From Auanema rhodensis (Eukaryota > Animalia > Nematoda): a DNA stretch of 64,000 bases. The DNA is taken from contig OZ059896.1 in NCBI GenBank assembly GCA_964057225.1, forward strand, positions 14,818,001 to 14,882,000, read 5' to 3'. Under the pieces are notes generated by a model. It was not told the DNA's origin. It saw only the letters and a program-made list of their open reading frames with translations, and did not search any database. This document shows, piece by piece, positions 24,260 through 36,613 of this stretch; position 1 is the first letter of the stretch; every line of letters begins with the position of its first letter. A program made the translations under genes and the position numbers.

Positions 24260-25009
24260 TTAGCGGAATCTGCGGAAGACAGTGGTGTTCTTTCTCTTCC
24301 AGTTCTTGGCTTGAGATCCTCCTCTAGTGGCATTGAATCTCCATCCCTTTCCGAGTCCTCTGGACTTCTTGCCAGCGGAGGTGAGTCCGCGAAGTTCACG
24401 GTGCTTGTGAACTGGCTTGGTAATCCATTGAGTGTCTGGGTTACGGCGGATAGCCTTATGGAAGGGATCGATCAAGATGACTTCATAGAACTTGTAGGTA
24501 GAGTCTTGTCCAACCCAGTAGGAGTTAAGAACGCGAAGAGCTCCGAGACGACGTCCAGCACGCTCCTAAACAAAAAAGACTTTTACATTACACTAAATTA
24601 AAGAAATACCTCAGCAACAGCCTGCTTGGTTCTGGCGGGCTTAAGCTCGTTGACTCCGTGAGTCTTGGGCTTTCCGTAAGTCTGTCCCTTGGTGACTGGA
24701 CGCTTTCTGTTTCCTCTGCGGACACGTACACGGTAAACGACGAATCCTAAATTATTAAATTTAAAAAATAGTATATATACTACAATCAAAAAAATATATA
24801 TTCTCATTAAAACAAGTAGGAATATAAACATACAAACCTTGCTTGGCGCGATATCCCATGCGGCGAGCCTTCTCTGGTCTAGTTGGGCGGCTCACACGGT
24901 GAACGGCAGAGAGTTGTCTGTACTGCCAAGTACGGACGCGAAGAAGGTAGCGAAAAGCATCAGACTGCTTCTTGCGCCATATTTCTTGCATGTACTTATA
25001 TGCACCCAT
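24260..25009 (-). CDS. rpl-15: 60S ribosomal protein L15 (eL15)
   Basis: [17 protein letters not shown]...[18 protein letters not shown]...[13 protein letters not shown]...RRFR*; three coding exons. Confidence 0.99.
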
Positions 25010-25438
25010 GTTCTTCTGAAAAGAACTTACGTAACGACTTGAGTTTCAAAATATTTTGGGATAAACTTAATGTAAAAAGACGTAAAAATTAACAGAAATA
25101 TTATATACGTTAATACTAGAATCTTTTAACTTAAATTATGAAAACAAAACAGGTATAAAAATAACATAAAATCTTACAAAAACAGCAGGATAGCTTAGGA
25201 AATTTAGGCCCCTGGTGGAATATGCTACAAATTTCAGAACACACACAGACACTTTCATACACTTCGGCGTGTTTTACCGTAGTTCGCTTGATATTGGAGC
25301 GCAGTTTCTTCTTTTCTCTCTAACAAGAAAATTGTTGTTGCTATGTTGTAATACGTTTATTTTAGTTATTTTATACATTCTACTTTAGATTTTCAAAGAA
25401 TATCAATTCAATTTCTTTTCCCAGTATACTAAAATTTT

Positions 25439-28400
25439 TTATTTATTATTAATAAACAAGGAGAGTGGTAATTGAATGTATCTGATGTAAATTGCACGGA
25501 GTTTCTTGTAAATGATGGTACTTACTGACAGTAAAAGCTGAAAACAGAAATTAGAACAATATTTTTTATAACATGAATTATCATATCCATTTTTAATCGG
25601 ATAATGTAACAAGCTAAGGACGATTATTTTTTCAAAAAAGTTTTGTAGAAGCGGTCGGTTTTCGTTCCACATTACATGGAACAATTTATCACTTCATGTT
25701 TTTCTCTCGGTGATATATTTTTTCAGCTTATAGTAACGAATTAATTGCAGAAAAAATAGGAAACTTTTTCTATACTAATATACTTTTTTTATCGTTTCTT
25801 GTCATAATCACTAAAGGGTTATTCTCATGTTTAAAAAAGGCAAAAAAGAAGGAAATAAATAAAAAGGTTAGTCAAAAAACGAAGGCAAGCTGAAAGTTTC
25901 TGATATTAAATAATATGAAAATTTTCAAGACAGATATTGATAAGCAGTTTTCAAATGCGAATATAATTCAATCAACAGGTTTAGATGCACAAAAATCGAA
26001 AAGTATTATGAATTTTGGAATTTTCATGACCTTACGTTATAGAAACAAATGAAGTGCATCCAAATGATGAAAATGCTTCTTCAATGATCAGATATGGGTA
26101 TAATGTTCAATTGGATCAGAAGAAAGGCAATGCATTTGCACGATATGTTCTAAACTGAAAATTGCAGAAATCAGTAATTTAGAAAAAAAAGCCGCTGAAA
26201 AAGGAATCATAGTTAACCCAGAAAATGTTGCTTATTGTGGAAACCTAGATGATTTGGCCATTGTAAGAATACTTTGAATAAGAAAAAAACAGATATAACA
26301 GGCAAATAGAGTTGAATTAGCAAAAGAAATAGAAGAAATGTCAGAAAAAGTGTCGCTTGTAAATAAAGTGATCATTCAAAATCGAAAGGTCTGTATAATA
26401 CATTTATGCGTTTGTTAAGTGCTTATAGGCTAATATTAATGAAAAGGGATGCAAATTGTATGAAATCCACGATGAACCTACTGTGGAAGATATGGATTCT
26501 TTCTCAGATCTTTATTAATTTATTAAAATTTTCATTTATTAAGTATTCACTTTATGTAATTAATTACCTGTACAAAAGTAATTACAGAGCAACCAACGAA
26601 TAAGCCACTTTGACCCCCTAATTCTGATATAAATCCCGCCAAAGACGTTGTTCTCACTTCATCATAGTGTTCTACCTGAAAATCAGGTTAATACTTGAGA
26701 GAAGAGAATGTAATAATGCCTCCATGTTGTTAAATGAAGCCTCCAGTCGAAAACTATAATTTTGTGAAGGTGAATAATCAATGCTGTTCGTTATTGTCCA
26801 ACTGTTATCAACCCTTTCACACGCCGGCTGGCACTAAATTTTTGTTTTAATATTAATCTTATGAGGATATGTCATGAACACATCTTATTTTCAGACTCAC
26901 TTTGTTTTCTCCTGTTGTAGACATCATTACTTTATAGTTTTCGACCACAACTTTGGGCTCACATATCGGTATTTCCTTTACATAATTTAGCATATCATAG
27001 AAGTAAGGGAATGAACAATTGGCTAATCCTATTACTTCATTTTCCAGCCAGTTTCGAACAAAGCATGTAGATTTGCCTAAATTAAATTAACGATATTGTT
27101 GAATTATCGAGATAAAACCTTGATTTTGAAAATTAGTAGAACAGTCGCTATTAGCTGGCAACATAGAGATTCGTTTCTGAACAAGACGAAGTCTATTCCA
27201 ATCATTAATATTTAGATATACACGGGGATATATAGCTACTTCTGGTTTTTCGTCACCAAAATACATAACGAGTTGGCTCTGAATTTACAAATATAATATA
27301 TTCTACTTGTCTATCATACTCTCTGTGTTTCTTTGCTAAAATAACTTCTCGGGTTACTAAAATATAATGATAATTTATCTGTTTCATCAACATCATTTTG
27401 ATAATAAGGAGGCTTCAATCTGAAACATCTGAAAAGATTAAAGTTATGTTAAACTTTGAAATTCGTCAACATACCTGCCTCTTAGCATTATATAATGTGA
27501 TTCGAATATGTCGCAGCAATTTAAAGTTTGAGAACCTGCATAACAACTAACGAAAAACTAAAAAAAAATACTTCAGATGGAAATGTAAGAAAAAAATACA
27601 TTTTCGCATTTTATACCATTTTCTTCGAAGACAAAACGAAAAAGTTCTACTATGGTTCTATTACCTCGCCATCTCTCATAAAGGTTATTTAACTCTCTTC
27701 TGAAACGATTTCTCCATTTACAATAATCTACTACACCTATTTTTTTTCAAGTTCTTTTAAATAACACTCACACATAGTCTGGAGAATATATGTCTACATC
27801 CATATTATCGAAGCCTGATCCACCTATCATGAATCGTATTAAGTCATCAGTGATATTCTGTTCCAAAACGCCAATATGGGAATGTATGTCTTAAAGGAAA
27901 AATCAGTCTATAGAATTATGTATATCAGAAATACCGTGATATACATTAGCCAATTGTATATCATCTGGATTTTTAGGACAAAACACCAAGGTTGGAAATT
28001 GAAGCCGACTAGCCTAATTTAAATGCATTTTCTAATTAATAAAAATATTTTTTACTGGAATAATAGATATATGAGTTGTACTTTGGTGATCACTGTATTT
28101 GGTCATGATATAGGTAGTTGTGCCTATTGACACTCCACAGCATATGGTCATGATAGCCAAATAAAATATCTTGACCCTCCAATCAGTTGACTGAAATTAC
28201 CACAATTTTCTTAGTTGAATGCAAATTTTATTCACCATCATATAAGCTGTTAAACCATGCAACTCTCTTAACCATGGATACCTACAGTTACATTTAAAGT
28301 CTGCTACATCTTGAGCATCTTCATCACCAGAAATGTCCCGAGATGGAAGAAAAAGACGTCCACTTTAACAAGTATTTAAAAATATAACATTTTAAAACAA

Positions 28401-28443
28401 CTTACTCAATTATTTTAAACCGCTGCTCGCCATCAGAAACCAT
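25439..28443 (-). CDS. DEG/ENaC (degenerin-like) ion channel subunit
   Basis: ELHGL motif before TM1, FPTLVFCPKNPD after TM1, Cys-rich thumb region, ISELGGQSGLFVGCSVITFVQ. TM2 is completed by a distant last exon (25537-25439, TTTTCAG|LLLSVSTIIYKKLRAI...). Confidence 0.85.
25676..26518 (+). CDS. Uncharacterised Lys/Glu-rich small protein nested antisense in the DEG/ENaC last intron (start uncertain)
   Basis: Successive short exons joined in frame by 41-65 nt introns: LFSCLKKAKKKEINKK, ETNEVHPNDEN, AYCGNLDDLAI|ANRVELAKEIEEM, ...HDEPTVEDMDSFSDLY*. Confidence 0.55.
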
Positions 28444-28700
28444 AACAGTGATTTATGCAAGCTCATATGAGAAAGGGGGTGACAGGGTCAAATTACATAA
28501 GTGGGTGAATATATACGTTCCGTTAAACTCATGTTTTATTAATATGTAGCTAATACCAAACAATTAATCATAAAACATTTATTTTCCCATTATTGACAGC
28601 GTATCAATATCAAAAAAAAAACATGCGAATCGTATAGAGATCTTACGTTCTTAAAAACATTTAGAATAAAACCGGGTTGTTAGTTAAACAAGAATAATCA

Positions 28701-30794
28701 TTATAGGGACAAACTTCTCCAAGCTTCAATGACTTGCTTTCGCCCTCTCTCCATCTGGATAGCTCTAGCCCAATGTTCGAAAAGAACTTCATCGCTTCCG
28801 TTTGCAGCAGCCATAAGTCTATATCAACAAATGCAGTATATAAAATACCTCTATAAATACCTTGAAACTATGAGCAATTCGTTCAAAAGGTCAGCTTTGT
28901 TGGCACTTTTATCTAATTCCTTACACATATCAACATAATCGTTTTGAATAGCCTAAAATGATTTTAAAAATATCGAGGAAGAAAGAATTAATATACCGAG
29001 GTAGTATCGCCAGATATAGTGATTTCCTTTACTCTAGATCTTGTATGTTGGATATATTGGCGTATGAGATTGAGCTCATTTTCATTACCCAAGAGAGAAA
29101 CACCAGGACAGTTAGGAAGAAAAGGAACTTGGAACGGCGTCTAGAAAGCTTTAATTAGCGTTAATGTTCATAAATCAAAACTTACTTTTAAGAATCTGGA
29201 AGCTTTAGAAGATAAGATTACAATAGGAACATCAACATCAATAGGAATTTGATAAAACCCATAATCAAAGTTGATTTTCTGCTCAAGAATAAATTGCTCC
29301 AATACTTTTAAATTGGCTTCAGCTAAATTAGAAAAAGTGAATAAGAAAAAAAGATGGCTATACCATGACCAGAAACAGGAAAAGATCCTTCGGGTAATTG
29401 AGTTTCGTCGATTATGAGAAGGGTACCATCAGCCAGTTGTAATTCTCCATGTTCAAGTAAATCTGTGTCGTAATTTTTAATTGGTGCGAATGCAACTTTA
29501 GACAAGAGATCGGGAGTGAGCACAAGATGTTTAACCTTAATGAATACTTCAAATCTAGATTCAAACAACATCTGCCAAAACCTGAGGAAGAAGAGCTTTG
29601 AAAATATCAACAACTTTTTGAGCATCAGTAACACCGACAAGGTTAAGAGGAATGAAACTAATAGGCATGCCACCTGGCCTTGCATATGTAGTAGAGATCA
29701 AATTAGTAAGAACCCATCCTCCAGAAATTTCATCTCCAGTCATCGTAGATAATTTCTTATAAAGCACCTGTCCAATTGTATTTAAATCTTCTGAAATGAT
29801 GTAAATATTTTAGGAAAACAAATATATGTTAACCTTGAGGCTTAGGAATTGGGAATATGACTGATTTATCGACTTTAGAGAAACTTAAAACATGCAGGTT
29901 AGGAATATTTTCAAGATTAGTGTTAACTTCGCTAAAATTAACAAAAATTACATCATAAATGGTGAAATGTCCTTACGATCCATCTAATTCTAAAGTGTGG
30001 TGGCTTAAAATACCGTAAAGATCCAAAATTGTGTTAGGAGGTAAATCTTCCCCTGTGGTTCCAATGAACTTAACCATACCAAATAGCAAAACAGATTTAA
30101 CATTATACTACGTACCTTAGCAATAAATTTCGGAATACTTTGTAATTGCAGTGATCGGTTACGTTTGGCAGGAACACCTGTAATCAGACAATGTTTTTCA
30201 CAAACTTGTTGACAAACCTTCAACTTCGACTTGTGTATTCATAAACCATTCAGTGGCACCAGGAACTGCAACCATGGTATAACAATGTCTGCCAACCTGA
30301 CCGTCGAAAGATACAATTTCCTAAAAAAGAAAAAAATTTTATATTAAATAGGTGATACACAAACCCCTTTTCCAACATCAAGAGAATCACGTAAAAGCAT
30401 AGTTGCAACATATGTCTGATCATTTTCTTTGATGTTACAGGTTAAACTAACATATTCTGAAGCGAAGTGTAGAACAGTTTTCTATCATGTACAATTTTAC
30501 CTGTTCCTCTTTCATCTTGAACCATAGCTCGTACTTTGACCAATTGATGATTCTCATCTAATCCATTCTTACCATCAGCACAAATTTTCTTCAAACATAT
30601 ATAAATGAACTTTTGCCATATCTGTGAGGTTATACCTCTGAATAATCAAATACGTCTTTAAGAAATTGTGTAGGTTCGTCTTTATAAGTTTCGGGTTTTT
30701 CTGAAACGCAGATTATTCTCGGCTATATATGAATCGGCTCACCCAGGAAAAGCTTATCTAACACTGTTAAGGAAGAAGAAGGAAGAACTTCCAT
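28701..30794 (-). CDS. MCMBP: Mini-chromosome maintenance complex-binding protein (MCM-BP)
   Basis: LVKVRAMVQD, RHCYTMVAVPGATEWF, LTNLISTTYAR, FAPIKNYDTDLLEHGELQLADGTLLIIDETQL, YDYGFYQIPIDVDVP, HWARAIQMERGR. Confidence 0.9.
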
Positions 30795-31263
30795 AATTGC
30801 CTAAAATGAATTGTTTAAAATCCTTTTTTTTCAAAACTAATATAAATAAAATTTGAATTTCTTTTAATAAAACCATAACAAAAAAAAATAATGGGATAAA
30901 GGGGTAGGCTTTCATTTCCATCATTCACTGTTATGAACGGTCGAATTTTTGAATTCCACATGAAACGCGCCATAGTTAGGGTTCAGTCGTAAACACCGGG
31001 CAAGCAGAGGTTTTTTGGATTCGGCTTCTTGCTCTTTATTTATTGACAATTATTTATTGATTATTTAATGCCCCAAGGATTATCAGAATGAATATTAATT
31101 GTAAATGTAACAAGAAACAATATATAGAATAATTGTTTATAAATACACACAATTATTGTCTTTCACAACTCTATAAAATATTCTTATAGTAAATTAAGTT
31201 TAATTTAACAATTTATTATTTTTAGGATCGACGAAGAAAAAATATTGAGTTTAGGAACTGTTG
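30795..31263. promoter_or_regulatory. Bidirectional promoter region, MCM-BP / dnc-1
   Basis: Head-to-head ATGs 470 nt apart with a central GC-richer core (AAACGCGCC at ~30963) flanked by AT-rich, outron-like tracts. Confidence 0.55.
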
Positions 31264-34200
31264 ATGTCTTTCGACGTTGGGGCACGTATAGTGACAGGTA
31301 AGGCTAACATACTAACTAATCTCATAAACTAAATAAATAGAAAAGAATGGAAAAGGCCGGGTAGCTTTTTGTGGAGCAACTAAGTTCGCTGATGGGGAAT
31401 GGGTAGGAGTTGTTCTTGATGAACCTAAGGGAAAAAATAATGGCACAGTTCAAGATGTTGCATATTTTCAATGTGATGATAAGTTTGGATTGTTTGTCAG
31501 ACCATCTCAAGTGAGTGTGAAATCATGATTCCATACAATTTTATTCTTTTTAGATTAAACTAGATGATGCACCGAAACCGCGGCAATCTACAGCTGCTCT
31601 TCGAGCTCCCACTTCTGCTTTAAAAAGTGCTAAACCTTCTCCAAAAGTATGCAAATTCTAATGTGTTCCTGTATGTCGCTTCTGGTTCAGACTAGTCCTC
31701 GAATGAGCCCTGCTGCTTCTATGGAGCGTATAGGAAAGCCTACATCGTCTCGAAAAGGCTCAAGTATTACCAAACCTGGAGAATATGAAGTGAGATCATT
31801 ATTATTAAAAGTTTAATGTTTAAAATAGTTTTTGCTAAAAATTTTAGAAAAATAGGCGTATTACTCGTCCCGCGGCTGCACAGAAATCACCTTCTGTAAC
31901 GGTATTATAATATAACTGCTCGCATCTTACCTTTTAATGCGCTTTTAACAGCTTACCCTTCCGCATTTATATAAATATGCTTGCCATTCTGTTTTAGCCA
32001 TGCTCTCTTTTAATTCATTTTGTACAATGCTAGTTTCAGCCATCCATCTCGAGAGAAGCCTCTAATTTGTCTCAATCGGATGTTCAAGCAAAGTCTGGAT
32101 CAGAAAAGGTCACGTCTCTTAATTCGGAAACGGTGCAAGCTAGGGTTAAAAAAATGGAAGAGGTTAATTCTATTTTTCTGGGTTCTTACATTTCACCTGC
32201 TTCAGACCGGATCTACTTCTTTGCCTTCTCCCATGACTCCAAACAGTGCCGTTCCAGATGATATGGACGTGGCCACTCAAAATGAATATTTAAGAATGGA
32301 AGTGAAAGATCTTAATGAAAAAGTTGAAACACTAAGGTAAAAAAATTAAGTCATTCTTCTATTGTTATGAAGTACTTTTTAGGTTTAAATGCAAAGAAAA
32401 CCATAGTAAACTCCAAGAAGCCGAAAGAAATAAAGTTCAATTACAGTCTTTGAATGAGTTAAAGACTAAGCTAACCGAACAAAATTTAGAGCTGATCCGA
32501 CAAGTCGAAGAAGCCAAAAGAGTATGGTTTTTCTTTTTTTTGTAATAATGTTTATTGTTAAGGAAGCAGATGAAATCAGAGAATGGCGTAATGTAAATCA
32601 GGATCAGATGAGTACAGCAGCCGAAGAGTTGGAAATGGCATTGATTGATAAAGAAATGGCAGAAGAAAAATGTGATATCCTTCAAAAAGAGGTAATATAA
32701 TTTAATATTGTTTTATTAACTTTTAGCTTTAGTGCGATTCGCTTAAAGAACAAGTGGAAGAATTAAAAGCTGATTTGGAAATCTTAAGAGAGGAAATGTC
32801 AGTGGGTGGTGGGGCTGCACTTGAAGGAAATAGTGTTCAAATGAAGCAGTTAGAATCTCAGAACGAAAGGTTAAAAGAAGCTCTTATCAAGTAAGTAAGT
32901 TTATTTTTTACATTTTAAATGTTATATTTCAAGACTGCGTGATCTCCATGGCCAAGCACAAGCCGATATGCAAATTGCCCAGAAAGAGGCAGAAATTTTG
33001 AAAAATGAAAATAGCGAGCTTGTTCGAGCTGCTGAAGTTGCACAAAATGTTGCTAGTGAAGCTGAGAAACGAATATTAGATTATAGAGAGCAGGTTAGAA
33101 AATTTTTTTAAAATTAATTAGAATGAGTTTTTTCGAGCAAGGGATATTTGCAGATTTTTTATTTGCAAGCTTGGGAGGAGGTGGGGTAGTATAGTAGTTG
33201 TGTAGCATGTCTTCTTGACTCTTTGTTTTATACTTTAACTTAAAGTTCAATAAATTGTTGAAAATAGTGTATTGCTTTAGATGGAAGCCGCCATGGGAGC
33301 CGAAGAAATGATCATGGCCCTTACTAACAAAAATATGGATATGGAAGAGAAAATCAGGTATTCATTATCTAAACGAATTTGACATTGATGTCATCTATTT
33401 AGATCGATGGAGCAAGAAAAGGAAGATCTGGAGGCATTGAGAGATATGGATGAACAAATTGCTGAAGCTCAAAAGCAAGTCGAACGCGATCTTCTCAAAG
33501 ACATCGAATTGCAACAAGTCAAATTTTCTGAGGTATTCTTGTTCCCTTCTTTTCTTTTCAGTGTATATGTTGTAGTTAATAAAAAAATTGAAAGACGAAG
33601 AAAAGCATGGTGATGATCTAATGGCAACAATCATCAAATTCCGTCAAAGAACAACGGAACTTAATGAAGAAATACAGGATCTGAAGGATCAGGTTTAAAT
33701 TGATAACATTTCTAAAAATATCTATTTTTTGAGATCTTACGTTATGAAGAACGGATTTCTGGTGAGCAATCTGATGAGAAGAATATTGCTAGTATGACTA
33801 GTCAATTACAAGTGAATGCAAGTAGAGCATTTGCAGAGGTATTTCAGATGCATTTGTTCTGCAAACTAAAATGATGCATTTCAGTCTGTCGAGAGACAAG
33901 TAAGTCTTATTGAACTAGAGTTTGCTAGAAAACAAGCCGGTTATCTTAAAGCCTTTTTACCCGATAATTTCACTCGCCCTGGAGGTATTTTCGAAGTTAT
34001 ACTCGCCTCTGTTTACTTTGAACTTTCTAGGTGATAACGATGCTGTATTAGTCAATGTTTTATTTCCCCGTGTATCTGCTAAAGCTACCTTGTTTATCAA
34101 GTTGGTCAACGAACGGGTATTTAATTATTTAATATTGTGATTTCTTAATCCTTTTTTAGTTCCCTGGGGTACCTGGAGGAACACGCCGTGAGCATGTCAC

Positions 34201-36613
34201 GAAATCCCATAAAGCTGAACAGTGGGCACACTCTGCCCGAGTTTCTCATATTTGTAGTGCTCTCATTTACGTGTGTGGGCAGTTTGAAAGGTTTTTGATT
34301 TCGTGAAAACTCATTTAAGTTGAAATATATTACAGTGCTATACAATGTATGACAGTCGAACAATTGGCCAAGCTATCTCAGATGCAATCAGAAATGTCTA
34401 TACACGAAAAGTCGGTAGATAGCTTTATTGAACTACTACGTCAAGGAAGATTCGATGAAAATACATCTCTTGAAAATTTGGAGAAAGTTGTTCTTTATTT
34501 CCAGGTACTCATGTTTATTTTGAAATCAAATTTTATATTTGGCAAACCCATTTTTAGAATGTGTTCTCTATTCATGTTGGAGGATTTGGGTTTGATACTG
34601 CTCAGTGGGTTTCACTTGTTTGTAAACATATTCTTTCTGGAATTTCTTGGACTAAGATTAATACTCAACGCATACTCTTCTTCTTACTGGTTTAATTTCT
34701 TTTTTATTTTTGAAACTATAGTCTTTTTTTCAGGAGGGAAATGAAAGCTGTGATGTTTTCCAAACAATCACTAGTATTGAAGGAGAATTGGAGAAATGTC
34801 AGCAATTGGCCGTTAAGGCTGCAAAAAGGGTTCCAACTGACAGAAAGTTGAATCTTTCACCGGAGGTATTTGAAATATTACTCATGGTTTCTTAAATTCA
34901 TGTTTTAGTTTTCTGATGATATTCAAGCGGTTATATCTAACATGAATAGGTTTGGCTCATTATTACATGAAGCATGTGGTATAGCTAGTGTACAGATTAA
35001 TATTAACCCTGGTTGGTTTTTGAAATTATTCAATTTTATGAGCTGTTTCTATAGAATCCAATGGCTTTGAAGCAGGTCGAATGAAAGAGATCATTCACGG
35101 TGTAATAGAGAAGTTTACGGGTTCAATAACTCTCGAAAAGGCATTTGATCCTGTTCAGTAAGTACTGTAAAAGCTTCAGGTTTTCAAATTATTTGCAGGA
35201 AATTGATTACTGGTATCTGTAAAAATATGGACGAAATCGCCAGAATTCTCGATTCCGGATCATTGGAGGAAACTGATAACAAAGACAAAAAGGTTTCTTT
35301 GCTTTGTGAATTGTTTTTAGTAATTGTTTAAATGTCAGGTGTTCCCTGCCATGCTCGAAAGAGCTCATCAGAGAAAACAAGCAGCCTCAGAAGCTGAAGG
35401 TCTTAGATGGCAGTTAGAAAAGAAAGATGCAGAAATTCTTGAACTCAAGAAGATTATTAAGAGCCGTCTTGAAGATATTAGCAATTACAAAGTTAGTTTA
35501 AATATTTGTACTGTAATATATTAATTTCATTAAAGTTGCGATTGGAAATGGCGGAAGCTCGCATGGATACATCAGGAAAACAGGAAAATGCGAAAAGTTC
35601 GTTGTTGGAGAGTAAGATAAATCAACTCACTGCTGAACATAAAAAGAAGCAAATGTTTGTTATTTTTTTTGACAATTATTTTTTTATTCATTGAATTTTA
35701 GTGAATTTGATGAAGCATTAGATAATATGCGCAAAGAGCTCGAAGAGCTTGAGAATGAGAACGAGGAGCTCAAGAAAAATCATAAAAATATTGCGAAACG
35801 AGTTCTTCTTCAGGTATTACAAATACCCATTATATCAATTACCGTTATTGTTCAGAATATCCAATCTATGGAAAACCGAGCTTCAACTACGTCGTCTAAT
35901 TCTAATTCTAGTGCTCCAATATCAACTGTTGGAAAGGCTGAGCTTAATTTATTGGAGCTCCAATTGAATGAATGTCAAGCTTCCTTGAGAGCTACTACTC
36001 TTGATAATATAAAATTGAAGGTAGTCTTGATAATTCATTAAATTTTATTTTTTTTTCTTTTAGAATGAAATTGCAAATCTTTCGAACCCTGGAGGTGTAC
36101 TAAAAATTCCTGACTTAATAAGTGGTCCAGAAACACTTCGTGGACTGTCACGAGATGATGTGCTCAATTCCATTACCAAAGAAGCAGAACAACTGAAGAG
36201 GGTTCGATTAAAATCATTTTTCATTCATATTCTCAATCTTAGGATGAATTGAAATATTTGGTTCATATGCCAGATATAACCTTACCTATGCATATTAGAC
36301 AGGAACGTAAGGAACAGTTTGAACAGGAAAAAAGAATTTACAACAACAGAGTTGAATCCGTAAGATTTATTTATTTGTTTTTTTTCTAACTGTTATATCT
36401 GTAATTACAGTTGCGTTGTCGCCTAAGAAGCTACTGGGGTCAATCTTGTCCTGGTCAACCTTTCCCAAGAGATATATTCGGTATTGATAGGAAAACAATC
36501 CCTCAAACAGTTAGTTAGTTTTCTATATTTATAATTCCATAATTTTTCAGTCAACCAAGCTAGATACTGCCCAATTCAACCTTGTCCTGAACAAATGGGG
36601 AATTAAAGTTTAA
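31264..36613 (+). CDS. dnc-1: Dynactin subunit 1 (p150Glued)
   Basis: CAP-Gly [33 protein letters not shown], basic Ser/Pro-rich linker, coiled coil with [45 protein letters not shown]; ends LNKWGIKV*. Confidence 0.96.

Noticed and set aside
24203-24601. 132-aa plus-strand ORF opposite rpl-15
   Set aside because: Antisense shadow of a codon-biased ribosomal protein exon; no independent gene signals.
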